Positions 36,749 through 50,000 of a DNA stretch of 64,000 nt are shown piece by piece. Each line of letters starts with the position of its first letter. The stretch's first letter is position 1. Both the position numbers and the translations under genes were made by a program. The stretch is from Lytechinus pictus (Eukaryota), in assembly GCF_037042905.1 (NCBI RefSeq), contig NC_087250.1:21516001-21580000 (forward strand). Reading direction: 5' to 3'. The notes below the pieces were generated by a model that was not told the origin of the DNA, did no database searches, and worked only from the letters and a program-made list of their open reading frames with translations.

Positions 36749-39700
36749 GGGGGGGGGGGGGGTAATCTTCCAGTGTTACTCCCATACAAAGCAGATGGTG
36801 ATGGGGCGGGGGGGGGGGGGTCTAATAGGAATGCAGAACAATGGAACATTAATTTACTACTTTGGCAATAGAAAGCAAGTCACACCATCTAGCATTTATT
36901 GATATTGGTTGTTTTACAACTGTCCAATAAATATCACCATTAATCAATTAAGCATCTAAGCACTTATAGATGTCATTGTTTTCAAATATTTGAGTAGACC
37001 AAATAAAGAAGAGAGCAGTACCAGTAATTCAATATTTTTTTTAATGTGACTTTACTTTCTTCGCCAAAGTGAGGCAGTCATAATTAAGTGTGTTTTAACT
37101 TACAAGTGACATCACATTTCCTGCCTTCTTGTCTGGCTCTCCTAAACCTTCAACCATTTATACTTGTGTAACTTTGTATCTCATGTCTGTCTGAAAAGTT
37201 TGGTTGAAGCCTCCACCTGAAGGAAAAATAGTATTGAAATAACTAATTAAACTATTTGCCATAATCTGGTATTTCTTCTCACATGTATATGTACATGTCT
37301 AAAAACAGGAAATAAAACATCTTTTGATTACCAGGTTTCATATAGAAGGGGGTAAATAAAGGGTTCAAGTTTTTATTATGTTAACAAAAAATACAAACAA
37401 TAGTAAATGACATATGCTCTGGCTGAGAAACTTAAAAAGTGAAATTATTCCTCACAATGTAGCTTGTATGTACATACACATGAGCAAGTAGTGCTAAATG
37501 GATTGAGGGGTGAGAGCAGGGGCTCCGGAAACCGGGGGGGGGGGGTGCATGTTAGCTGCAGGGTCATCGGAACGGTTTTTACAGTGAGCGGGCTGACCAT
37601 GCAAAAAATCGTAACCAGATGGTCATTTCATATTTTTCAGCCCCCGCACTGTTTTCCAAAACCATGTACAAAAATGTAAAATTGACCATCTGCTTATGAT
37701 TTTTTGCATTGGTCAGCCCCCCCCCCCCCCACTTTCGGCTCAGCCCCCTCACTTTCAAAACCGTTCTGCTGACCCTGCAGCTAACATGCAAAATATATTG
37801 AATCTATTATGTCTTTCATGCTTATGTAATGTTTGCATTTCAAACTGACTTTAAATAGAAAATCTGGTCACAGTCCGATTTCATTGTCATTGATGTGGGT
37901 TTTTATGATTTTACATTCTGCAACCAAAACAATATCCTTCATTATTTTTTAATCATTATCGCATTTTACTAGTCTACATGTTACCTGTGGTTGCATTTCA
38001 ATCTCAGTATTTCTTCACCCATTGCCAAATCTTCTGTCACATGTTCATCAGATTGGCCGCTGGCACATTCCTTGCTGTAGTAGACCAGTCAGAGCCTTGC
38101 TTTCTAGTTCCAGATCCGTCTTCTTCTGCATACTGTTCAAATGTCCATAGTCTGAAATTAAAATATTAATAATATCACATTGTTATACATGTTGCAAAGA
38201 AAATATGTAGATTTACAGTGATCATTGAAAAATACTGCACTTTCAATGAATATTGTTGATATTTCATAAAGGGGAATGATCGATTATACCAATCATTTTT
38301 CTTCTTTTATTATCCTGAAATTTATAGAATTTACCAACAATCGGTCAACAATTTATCCTTGTTAATTCATATAATTTTCACTTGATTATAAACAAGACGG
38401 TAATTAACACATTAACCATACAAAATAGTAAAACAGCTTTTTCAATAATTTTTTTTTAAATTAAAAAATAAAAAGAAAAGTTTTTTTTCTAACTCATTAG
38501 CGCTTGGATACCTTGCCGGTTAAAAGCCACGATCAAATTAATAAAAAATATGAATAGGCTCCTAATTCATAACTGCAGCAAATTGCATCCCCATCAAACT
38601 GTCAACTATTTCTGGACTGTGACCTTTGTTCAATGGAACTTTAATATGAGATTCAAGGCAGAAAAATACTTGGGATTGATGAGATCCATTCCATATTCTC
38701 CTATATTTTTTTCTAATGAAGAGACCTTTAACCTTTACATGCTATTTAAGGTTAGGTATGACTAGACTCTAACTTTATGTGGTACGACAGTATTTTTCAA
38801 AAAATAGATTAAGAGACATTATCAACAATAATTTAATTTATTTACCCCAATAACACCGATGCTATTGCAGATTCATGCTAAATAGTAATTTGTCTAAAAA
38901 ATTGACTTAGAAAAATAAAAGCAAAACAAACTTTATAATCGCACACAAATGAAGAGCATTATTTCGTCTCCCCCAAATTGGACGATCAATCTTTTTTTAA
39001 AAAGGGAGCTATGCAATGGCTCATTTCACTTGGGTGCGCAAAGTCAAAGATAATTTAAGATAGATCTAGGCCTATAAGCTATACCAGTACGGCCACGGGC
39101 CGGGTGCACTATTTAAAACTTAGAGTTAGATCTAATAATTTGTTTATATCTAGATTTTAATTTTTATTGGGTGTGAACGCACCTCTGCCACAATCGCATC
39201 ACCCCCCCCCCCGAATCCTCGCCAGCTGTCGAGAGCCTTCACTTCATTCGACTTGCTAAGGCTAAGCCTACATTAATAGTTGAGAACATCCACTTTACAA
39301 ATTTACCACTCACACTATTAATTACCATGTGATTTAGCTCCTGTTCAATTCCAATATCTGTAACACAGAATTAGGATGGCCCCATTGGATATGTGTACAT
39401 TTACAATTGCACACGCTGGTTTGCCTGGTGATCAAGGATATCTCCGACCACACCGAACAACAAAATTATTACAAAACCAAAGGAAATGAAAAAATATGAT
39501 TTGCAACATAGAATGACATAAAGATAGAACAATATAAAGAATTCTCTTTGCAAAATTTATAAAATTGCAGCCATGTGCGGATCATAAAAACGTGACAGCC
39601 GTGAGCCGTGTCGTTAGTTTGGACCTGAGATAGTTCTACAGACACAGAAACACGGGTATGGGACTTGACTGGATTTTGTAATGTCAAGTTACCGATCGTA

Positions 39701-40127
39701 TCGACAGGGGTCCTGCCAGAAGATCCTCTTTTCTTGTAATTCATTTGATAATCACGCACAACGAATAATTCGATCACCTTACATACAATATGAAGGATAT
39801 TTTGAAGGGTTTTACTTACGGTAAAATCCTCATTCACCTCTACGAGGACCTTCGCTTCTTCTCATTTCTTCGTTTCATTTCGAATCGTCGCGGCGAAAAC
39901 ATCAACCAATTTTACATCTTTTTCACGACTTTGGGAGTGGGCGTGGCCTAATTAGTCAGCGAACCTCGTTCAAGACGATTTGTAAAATAAAAATTCTCTG
40001 ACAATAGTCAGAGGAGCTCCGAGAGTTTGATGAAACGAATTTTTGTCAGCGCTGACTAAATTGTCAGCGCTGACAATTTTAGTCAGCGCTGACAGTTGTC
40101 GGACGAAAATATTGATGAAACACCCCC
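35056..40127. mobile_element. 5.1-kb Harbinger-like DNA transposon, no intact ORF
   Basis: TIRs GGGGGCGTTTCATCAA / TTGATGAAACACCCCC, 3-bp TSD CCG, subterminal CCGACTAA / CTGACAA repeats. Confidence 0.78.
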
Positions 40128-40454
40128 CCGGTATTAGGAAATCCTATTGTTCGATTCAAGCTACTCGCGTGCCCTCGAAAACGTGCACCGTATACCCGAA
40201 TAGTATACTTCTATGTGAACCCAGCCTAACGAAGATCATCTACATAATTTACATGCAGCAGGCAATACGGAGTTTTCGCAAACATCGGGGACGCATTATT
40301 AGGGTCCGGTAACACAAAAGTTAACAATTTCTAAAATTGATTGTACATTGTTGTCAATAGAATCATACGTAGAAAACTGCTCTACAATCATTGATAAGCT
40401 TTGTGCTACAGCATTACAGGCACTATAGACCTGTTGTTCGTGTGCAAAATTCTT

Positions 40455-40607
40455 TCACGCGACACCCGAACCATGCATGCCTTTCCAAGATGCGAGATTA
40501 AATCCCGCTTTCTCATGCATGTCCGACTGGTCATTAGCGTATGCTCCCTGAGCCGGCGGCGAGCCTCTCCTAATGACAGGTGGCTGGAGATATTCGAAAT
40601 GCTGGGC
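40455..40607 (-). CDS. Putative terminal coding exon of an unidentified gene
   Basis: ttgtag acceptor, phase 0: AQHFEYLQPPVIRRGSPPAQGAYANDQSDMHEKAGFNLASWKGMHGSGVA*. GC-rich island in AT-rich surroundings. Confidence 0.5.
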   Translation of the reverse strand, partial: AQHFEYLQPPVIRRGSPPAQGAYANDQSDMHEKAGFNLASWKGMHGSGVA

Positions 40608-41141
40608 CTACAATAGATTATGACATGGATAAGAAAGTGGTTTTTCAAACAAATCGAGTACATATTGAGTGAGGAAAAGCTTACTGAATTAAGGCTTGGA
40701 TATAGATCATTACAGTCCATAGAATCGATATTGCATCTAATGTGGATTATTGGTGGATCACTGGCAATTGATTCCATGAGTCAGATCACCTCTGCAGTCG
40801 AAACCATTTACATGCGTTGATATGTACACATCATATGCAATAGGCCTATTTGTCTGAAACCCATCCGAATTTTCGGGTTTTTTATTTTGCTTGCTCCTCG
40901 TACTCACACGATATGCCTCTAGCACACAATGTAATGGGTATTATGTTTTACTTTCCCCCGAAATGGGGGTTTAGATTCACGTTCCCGGGGAACCACTTCC
41001 TTTGACGAGTGGCCATGGGGTTTCGAAAAGCACCCTAAATGAGGGAAGCAAGTCTTTTCCAGATTATGAAAGTGCATCCCTTAACAAGTATTTGGCTTGT
41101 GAAACCCTACAAGTATTGGAAATACATCCCTTTTTCAGTAA

Positions 41142-42058
41142 AGGTCAAGTCCTCCTCACAAAATTGTTGATTTGAATGGATAGAGGAAAATCAAACAAAC
41201 ATAACACTGAAAATTTCATCAAAATCAGATTTAAAATAAGAAAGTTATGACATTTTTTAGTTTTGCTTATTTTTCACAAAATAGTAATAGGCACAACTCA
41301 TTGGTGTGCAAATGAGAGAGTCGATGATGTCACTAACTCACTATTTCTTTTGTTTTTTATTGTTTGAATTATACAATATTTCAATTTTTACAGATTTGAC
41401 AATTGTGATTAACTTGATTTAACCACAAACTGTTAAAATAACGGTAATTGCACATGTTCAGGGAAAAAAAATTCCACATGACGATGAGGAGAAAATTGAA
41501 ATTTTTCATATTTCATATAATGTAATACAAAAGATATAGGCCCGTATTCTGAAATCGGGTTTAACTTAAACTCAGGTTTAAAGTTGTGGTTTAAGTATGG
41601 AAAGCCAATTGTTACATACATCACTAACAGTAGAGATATCATATTTGAACTCATTTAGCTCTCAAATCATTCATAATTGTCTAGGTAGTATAAAGAGATG
41701 ATTGTCTTCACCATTGATGCATCAAGAAGTGAAGAAAGAGCACAGTAAAAATAAGAAACTTACAACTTAATAAAAAAATTAAACTTTTTGCTTCCCATAA
41801 TTTAAGCACAGAGTTAGACAATGGTCTAAGTTAAACCTGACTTCAGAATACGGGCCATAGTGAGTAGATGATGTCATTTGTCTATTAATTTGCATACTGA
41901 CCAGGATTGCATATAACTGTTTTGTGAAATTAAGCAAAACTTTAAAATGTCATAACTTTCTTATTTTACGGCCGATTTTGATGAAATTTTCAGTATTGTG
42001 TTTGTTGGATTTTTCTTATTTTATTCAAACCACGTTTTTATTGGGGTGGACTTGTCAT
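41142..42058. mobile_element. TTAA-type MITE carrying a nested MITE
   Basis: AGGTCAAGTCCTC ... GGGTGGACTTGTCAT|ttaa; same family as 23535-24106. Confidence 0.7.
41539..41856. mobile_element. Harbinger-like MITE
   Basis: TIR GGCCCGTATTCTGAA / TTCAGAATACGGGCC; 3-bp direct repeat ATA. Confidence 0.8.
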
Positions 42059-42113
42059 TTAAGCATCGTTTTTTACACCCATATAACGTTACATATGCAT
42101 ATACGTAACGTAC

Positions 42114-42220
42114 TTGCCCACTATTTCCATGTTTACGCGTGGTTGCGCCTGGTATCCACTCGTCAATGGAAGTGGGCCCCCGGACGGCCTCTCGAGCTCT
42201 GGCAGGATCCAAATGTGGCT
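42114..42220 (-). CDS. Putative internal coding exon of the same unidentified gene
   Basis: tttccag acceptor (phase 1), PHLDPARAREAVRGPTSIDEWIPGATTRKHGNSGQ, donor GTACGT (phase 0), compatible with the acceptor at 40607. Confidence 0.5.
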
Positions 42221-44642
42221 CTGGAAAGTCGACTTAAAACATATAAAATCCAACAAGCATAACACTGATTTTTTTCATCAAAATCGAATGTAAAATAGGA
42301 AAGTTATGACATTTTCAAGTTTTGCTTAATTTCACAAAACAACTATATGCACAATCTGATCGGTATGCAAATGAGAGGACTGATGAAATCACTCACTACT
42401 ATTGCTTTTGTATATCATTATATGAAATATTCTAATCAGCAAAAAATTAGAATTTCTAATTTTCTCAATGGTACAGTATGTGTAACAAGTTTTCTTTCTC
42501 CATGAACATAGGGGATTGCAAAAGTAACATTTCATCGCCCAATCAAGCTGGTCCTTCTTACCATAACTGTAAAAATTGAAAGATTGTATGATTGAAACAA
42601 TGAAAAAAATAATAATAGGGCGTAAGGACATCATCGACTCTATCATTTTCGTGTTGCTGAGTTGTGCATTGAACTGTTTTGTGAAAAATAAGCGAAGTTT
42701 AAAGATGTCATAATTTTCCTAATTTTCATCCGATTTTTAAGAAATGTTCATCTTCCAGGAGCGGAAGTGAAGTGATTTGAATATACTGAATTTACGATAC
42801 GTTAATTTTCATTAATTTTCTTATAATACGTTATAAATTGAAGTTGCTCCAATATGATTTCACCTGTTTTTTTTTCTAATGGCTTCTTTTGAAAATCTTT
42901 GATCCATTTTCCTAAAGACTTTACCAATAATCTTGAAATACTTTTTTTATTTTACAGATAACTTTTTCTCGTGGTGAATATTCCATTCAAACGTTGTACT
43001 GTCTCAGTTTGTAATCGATGGGTGGAAAATGCTATGCCAAATAACTCGCCTATAGACCACCACTTCACCTCCTTTACCTCATCGTCCCCCCTCCCCCTCT
43101 TTCTCTTTATTTCCCCTTTCCCGCATACACCCTGCCATGTCTGTCTATCTAGCTATCTAACTATCTATCTATCGTCCCTCTTCCTTTTTCAATCAGTTTT
43201 TACTTTGTATCGCCTCTGTATTGTTCTGGCCCTTTGAAGAATAAACATATTTCGTAATCTACTTATGAATATATTCGAAATCCAACAATTCAGTCTGAGT
43301 GTGAAAGGTACTTGGGGACGTTTCATACAGTCATTACAATGTTATCATTATGACAACTACCATGGCATCAGGACTCAGCAGCCAATAACAATCAAGGTTT
43401 CCATGATTGTTGACATAATGGCTAAGTTACCATAGTTACAAGGAGGTGATTCCATACGTTTCGTACGGGACATTTAGAGAACATTTGACAGGTTTTCGAC
43501 AAGAAAAACAAAAAAATATTCCAGTAACTATAGGTGATCATCAAGTACTACCAGAGTGTTAGGAAAACCAAGACCTAACATGACTTGAATTTACATCCTG
43601 TATAATACAGATTTAAAATAGTAATGTGTCGTACGGGACGCAGAAAAGTGGCTGTTTTAGAAACCTCAAGTTTGTACTTAATGTCTGTGAGTTGGACAAA
43701 TAATTTTCATAAACAATGAACTCAAATTGATATTCAATCACCCAAGAACAAACACATGTATGAAAGAAAGCAAAATAAACATTTATGAATAAATAAAGCA
43801 AGTTAAATTTTTTGAGAACAATGTGACCTACGGGACACTCAAAATGTGTCGTACGGGACATCTATACATTGAAGCCAAACTTTCTTACTTTATGTGTCTT
43901 TGACTTCTTCAATCACTTTATCTGGCTGATGATAATGATAATCCTATCAAACTAAAGACATTCATTATGTCAGAAACCGCTGTTGACTGAATATTTCTGT
44001 CAATATATCGTGTGTTGTACTAGACAGCCTGTATAAAACAATGAACTTTTTATCAATAAAAAGGGGAGCATTGCCCCTATATTCTTCCTTTTTAATGAAA
44101 AGCCTTATTAAGTAGTCATTCAGGACAATATAATTGAGTAACCTCAATACATCCGTTATATACAAAATCGGGAGCAGTATATCATAATTTTTTCATAATG
44201 GGAAATGTACAATGGTTCACAGCATTTTTAAGAGGAAAAAAAATTGAGGTTTTGTGTGAAGTTATATTTTAGTGAATTAGGTGATGAATTCCAATTCACT
44301 ATTTAAACAATAAAAGAATGAAATTGTGTTTATGTTAATTATGGGGCTAAAATGTTATAATTCTTTGTATAAAATGTATTTTTATACATGAAATATGACA
44401 CAACTGTCACTTCCACCAATTTTTTTTTTGTAAAAAAATGCGATTCTACTTTTTCAAACTTTTCTGCAATTCATGAAACCACATTGTTTGTCTTGTTTTC
44501 CAGATTTTTTTTAACAACATGGTTTGTCTTATATTCCATATTTTTTTACAACCAGAGAAAAATAAGGATTTTAATACTGAATATAATGGAAAAATTTGGT
44601 GAATCTCAAGGGAGGTCCAAATAGATGACTGATATGTAAATA

Positions 44643-45973
44643 CAGTGCGTATAGAAAAAGGGACAGATTTGAAAAGTCTATAAAACTTTTGTTTCAAATT
44701 ATGATCTCTATATTTTGGTGTCAATAGGTGCTCTGAAGTCTTATCCTTCAAATGCCATTAAAATAATTTAGTTTGTTCATACTTGAGCGAACGCGGAATG
44801 TTTTTGTCTGGGGCTAAAACGGAGGATTCCGCCAAAATGGCATAAAATGATAAATATGATGGTCGGACTTCTTGCTAATCAACAGACTTTCTCTTAACCT
44901 TTTCATTATCTTTGAATTATGCTGTCAAAAATCATTTCCAAATCTACTTGTTTGCTTGAATAGTTCAGTTGTTCCTTTTAGCTTTGAAAATTCCTTCTTT
45001 AGGTAAGAACAATTTTTTTTTTACCGAAGTATGAGAGAGCGTGTTTTTTTTTTTTCAAATCCTTTCATTGTGTGCTACAAAGGTTATGGTGCCTTTGAAC
45101 AGTGGCATACTGATGGGTTGGGGTTGGGGGCGCTCCCCTCCCCCTAATAATAAAATCATGACCAAGAAAACAAAAGTGGAAAAGAAAATAACAGAAAACA
45201 TAGAAAGTGAAATATGATATCATTTTCCGAAGATGATGTCAAAATCACAAAATTTGATATTTCAATAAAAAGGTGGAAATTTTTGCTTGCTCGCTTCACA
45301 ACTTTTTCATACATTTTACCCGATCTGCCATATCTTGCTCCTTCAAAATTGACTCAATACACCATTGCCATTAAAAGACGTGAATCCTTTCCTGTTTGTC
45401 CTTTGTCCTGTCAGGCACATAATTAAACTTGGTGAATGATTCAATAACCCCTTGAAAATAGGATTCATGTCCTTCATAGGTTCCATAACATAATTTCTTT
45501 CACATAATAACGGAATTTGAATAATTACAAATTATCCCAATTAATAATGCAAATCTTCTTACTTGGGTTGACAAAAAGTCTTCTTTTCTTACTTATGAGG
45601 GAAAATTCAAAGGTAATAAAAGTTTAAATGAAAAACAAAATAATTCAGGTAAATAACTAAATTTGTAAATGAAATTTTACAGCATAATTCGAAAATTTTA
45701 GCGAAAATAATGAAAAGATTAAGAGAAAGTCTGCTAATTAGCAAAAAGTCTAATCATCACATTTCTCGTTTCTGCCATTTGGGCGCAAGCCTCTTTTTGA
45801 ACCCCCGACAAAAACGTCCCGTGTTCGCTCAAGCACGAACAATTTTTTTTTATTTAATGGCATTTCAAAGATACGATCTCAGAGCATCCATTAACATCCA
45901 AATATAGATAAAATAATTTGAAATTAATTTTTTTATAGACTTTTCAAAACTGTCTCTTTTTTCATACGCATTA
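44643..45973. mobile_element. Tc1/mariner-like non-autonomous element with ~250-bp imperfect TIRs
   Basis: ta|CAGTGCGTATAGAAAAAGGGACAG...TTTGAAAAGTCTATAAAA mirrored at 45930-45973. Confidence 0.7.
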
Positions 45974-46350
45974 TATATATATATATAATTTGTTTCCTCT
46001 TTTTTCTTCTCTTATTTCTTTCTCCCCAGCTGTACTCTATTTTTGCCCCCTTCTCTCTCTTTTTTTCTAGTCGTTTTCCTTTTCCCTTTTCTCTCTTCCT
46101 TTTGTCTCCCCGGCTTTCTTCTTCTTCTTCTTTTTTCCCTTCCCTTTCTTTCTCTCTCTCTCTCTTTTCTTTTGTCCTGTTGCGCTTCGCGTCTTACCTC
46201 TTAGTGCGTTGTTTTTTACGCTTTGCGTTTTGCGCACTGCGTTTCTTGGTGCTGTTGACTAATAAATTCATAATTTTCTGATGAAGCCCAATGTGCGAAA
46301 ATTTGATCAACTTTTCTATCTACGGTTGTTTTATTCACCTTGTATTTTGC

Positions 46351-46429
<79 letters not shown>

Positions 46430-46470
46430 GTATATATATATATTTATATACATATATATATTTATATTTA
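46351..46470. repeat. (TA)n microsatellite
   Basis: Direct observation. Confidence 0.95.
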
Positions 46471-47047
46471 CATCTTATAATAATTACACAAAAGCATCCA
46501 AGAGGGAGTCATCTTCCAGGCTATGGTGAATCAATTATAAAGGTTTTCTTTTCATGCTCAATGACAAAGAAATTAACCTGCTCTGACCAACAAAAATCAT
46601 CAAATTAGCTGAAGGGATTTACAAAAGAATACGCCTACATTTTAATAGGATAATTGTTGAAAAAGTGAAGGGCAATATTTAGATCCTCATATGATAAATC
46701 GATCACCCTTGCGTCAAAGATAGAGAAACTGATATTGTAAATTTTCTTCATCAAAATTAATATTGTAGGAATTTTTTTTTTCATTTTCATGTGCTGTACG
46801 GGACATTACCAAAAATAGGTTTGGAAAAATCATAAATTATTGAAAATTTAAAATTCCATTGTTTCCCCCCCCCCCAAAAAAAAAAAAAAAAAACTACATC
46901 TGACTTCACTTTTCGTTAAAAACTCATAATTTTCATTAAAAAAATAGGTATCATAGTAAAATATTACACTACTTACATGACTTATGACTTATTGAAAGCA
47001 TGTTGAAATTTATGATATTTTTAAGTTCTAGTGTGGAATCACCCTAA

Positions 47048-50000
47048 TGGGGTGTTGCAAGAAAGTTACGTTGCAATTGATTGCAAATCGACTGCAACTT
47101 TGCAGCCGATCCCGATCGACTGCAACTAGCAATCAATCGCCAATTTGCGTTGCAAGAAAAAGGCTTGCGATTGAACGCAAGTTGCAGCTGATTTGCAGAC
47201 GATTTGCAGCTGTAAACAGGGTCTGCAGCACAAGACTAGCTGATGAAGCAAAATAATCCTTGCAATAATCGTGATTGTGGAAGAGAGTAAGTAGAAAATA
47301 TTCATTTTTCACTGCTTTCTTTCTCCATTATGTATGTTTTCAGAGAATTTATATGTTTTAGACCTATGCCAGGGAAAAAAATTATTTTGTAAAATGTGAA
47401 AATGTATCTTTATCGCCAGTCGAAATTTCACCTTCAAATTTTTTTTTACCACACAGTTTAAACCCAGTCCCACTCTTGACTTTTTGTGTCGGTAATGCAC
47501 TGTTGTACCAACAACACGGCAGGACATTCCCGGTGCAGTGCTGTTAAAAATCACCCTGAAGCAAGTAAATTTGTAGGCTCTAATTATGTCTGAAACATCG
47601 AAAATGACCTTAACAGATTATTATTGTTCATATTTGAAATGATTTTTAAGTTATATAAGTTTCAACGGCTAATAACCATCCAGTAAATGGATTCAATGCA
47701 GTCGAATGGCCACAACTTTTGAGAAACACTCGACAGAAAGCAATTTTTTGTTTTTAACTTAAAGGATTTTTAATCTAACGTTAGGCTTTAAATCAAAGAC
47801 TTCCATTATTAGATCCTCTCCATTAGTCTCTCTTTTTTAAGAGTCTGTCTAACCTCCCTTTTTATGACTTTCCTTTGCCTGGCCTGGGATAGAATGAAAA
47901 TTTTGCTCTTGACTTTGGAGGAATTGTTTAGATTTATTTAATATTATTTTATTTATTTATTCCTTTATTTTTAATTTTTTGGAGGGGGGGGGGGGGGGGG
48001 GGGTTCTCCACATTTTTCGCCAGGCCAAAAAAAAACAACAACAAAGGTATAGGGGGTCTACATGTAGGCCTATATTATTAATTATTTTTAAAGATGTTAT
48101 TGGGCTATTAAACCTATTGGCCACATCTGCCACATTCTTTGGGAAGTTTTAACATTGAACAGGGAGTTGCTCGCCCGGGCCTTTTTTTAAAATTTCTTAC
48201 GGGCAGATTGCACAAGAGGTTCTTTGCAAGGACAGTCTATTTGTGTCGTTGATTTGTAATGATGTGCCGTATGAGTCACATTTTTAATATCCATCACATA
48301 TAAATATAAAAAGATATAGGGCCTACATGTAAGCCTAAATAAATCTATTTTTTAGATTCAATATGTAGGTCTACTATGCCGGGGGGAAGGTACTTAGATT
48401 TGGTTTGGACAAAGGTGTGCGGCTGAAGGTTTGAAACCCGTACCCATATTTACAGGTCATTTCGGCTAAAAAGGTACCCATTATTAGGGATTCTATACAG
48501 GGGCGGATCCAGGATTTCCACAAGGGGGGGGGGGCACATTTTCGCCTGGAAAACTTGACAAGCAAAAAAAAAAGAAAAAAGTTATCGCCCAAATGTAAGG
48601 TAATTTTGTATTTGCACCAAAGACAAGAGTAGAATATGGACCCATTTTTAAGGCCAGTATCTAAAAATTGGGCCATGTTTAGGGATTTTCCAGCATAAAA
48701 CCATACCCCATGTTTAGGGATTTCTTCCAAAAAGGCGACCCATTCCAGCGGCACGTCCCCATATGCATTATTTTGTGAGTCCCCCCCCCCCCCGGGCTAC
48801 TATTTAACTGACTCTAGTCTTAACTTGATTTTTATGCAAGCACATGAGGTGCTATATAGATGACAGATTTTTTTTCACTTTAAATTGTTTAATGGATGAT
48901 TACAATGCTTTTCCAGGTGCTTACAGTAAAAGGGTGTCTCATATGGTGCATCACTATCATTTTATTAATATTGAATGCATAATCATGATTTTTTTTACAT
49001 CCTTTTACATCAAGCACAATACTCGGGGGGGGGGGCATATGGTCCCCCTTCACATTTTTCAGAATAAATCTGCCACTCAAAATTTTATTACCGCACCACT
49101 GACTGGCGTTTTACTTTCAAGTCTCGCGCAACTTTTGAGACCAAATTTGCAATTCCCAGGTACAGGGTCAGGAAATTTTGCAACATTGTGTTTGTTTAAG
49201 TACATGTCAGACAAAAACATGATTACATGTAAAAAGTTAATTGGGTAATTTTTTTTATTGACAATAGTAATTTAATGTCACTGATGAACTTTGTCTTGAA
49301 AATAACAAAAAAAAAAAATACATTTAAGAAGTTAAGAAAAAATATTTAAAAAAAAACATGAAAGGATTTTTTTTTATACCAGATTTTTTAAAGTAAAGTT
49401 GTTAGGAATGCTCTAGAAAGGAATATGTACACCAAAGTTTAGCATTCTATTACAAGCTTTTTTTAGTAAATTAAAGCAAAAGGTATGATTCATAATTTTT
49501 TTATTGCGCCGCCCATAGCTGAGGAACCATAGTACCCCTCCCCAGGACAGAAGTGACTTTAATCAAAACACCCTGGGACTACTATAATGATTAACACACT
49601 GGCAACTGAGCTTAACTTGTATATTAATTTCATGAACATGTTTTATCTCTTTGCTTTTTGCTTTTAATTGCTTACTACAGTTATGACAAGGAAGTCTGGA
49701 ATAAACCGAACCACCATAACTGTGTCTGCTACCATGTGTGTTCTTGCAACCAGCTGATTGATTCATTTTATCAACTCTTGAATGGTAGGTTACATGTAAA
49801 CTGTATTATTATTAATAATTCACCATGATTGTAATGCGGATGGGGGTGAAATCTGTACACATTGACCAAAGGATAATGCAAAATGAAAAAAAGGCAAACA
49901 CAAATCTCTATCTTGACTGGACTTCTCAGCAATGAAGACATCCCATTGATGGGGGGGGGGGGGGAGGGGAGGGGGCGGTTGTTGTGCTCATCCAAGGTGT

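Larger units (their letters stand above)
43444..47044. mobile_element. Non-autonomous TIR element (RGGTGATTCCAYAC ends)
   Basis: AGGTGATTCCATAC / GTGTGGAATCACCC; internal repeated GTACGGGACA motif near both ends; TSD unclear. Confidence 0.6.

Noticed and set aside
40406..40777. 123-aa ORF from the track
   Set aside because: A different frame on the same strand fits the splice signals better; no motif in this frame.
46281..46608. YI-repeat ORFs
   Set aside because: Translation of the (TA)n microsatellite.
47240..47270. Second CTGATGA plus hairpin as a hammerhead
   Set aside because: The stem is followed by AATA rather than GAAA, so the core is incomplete.
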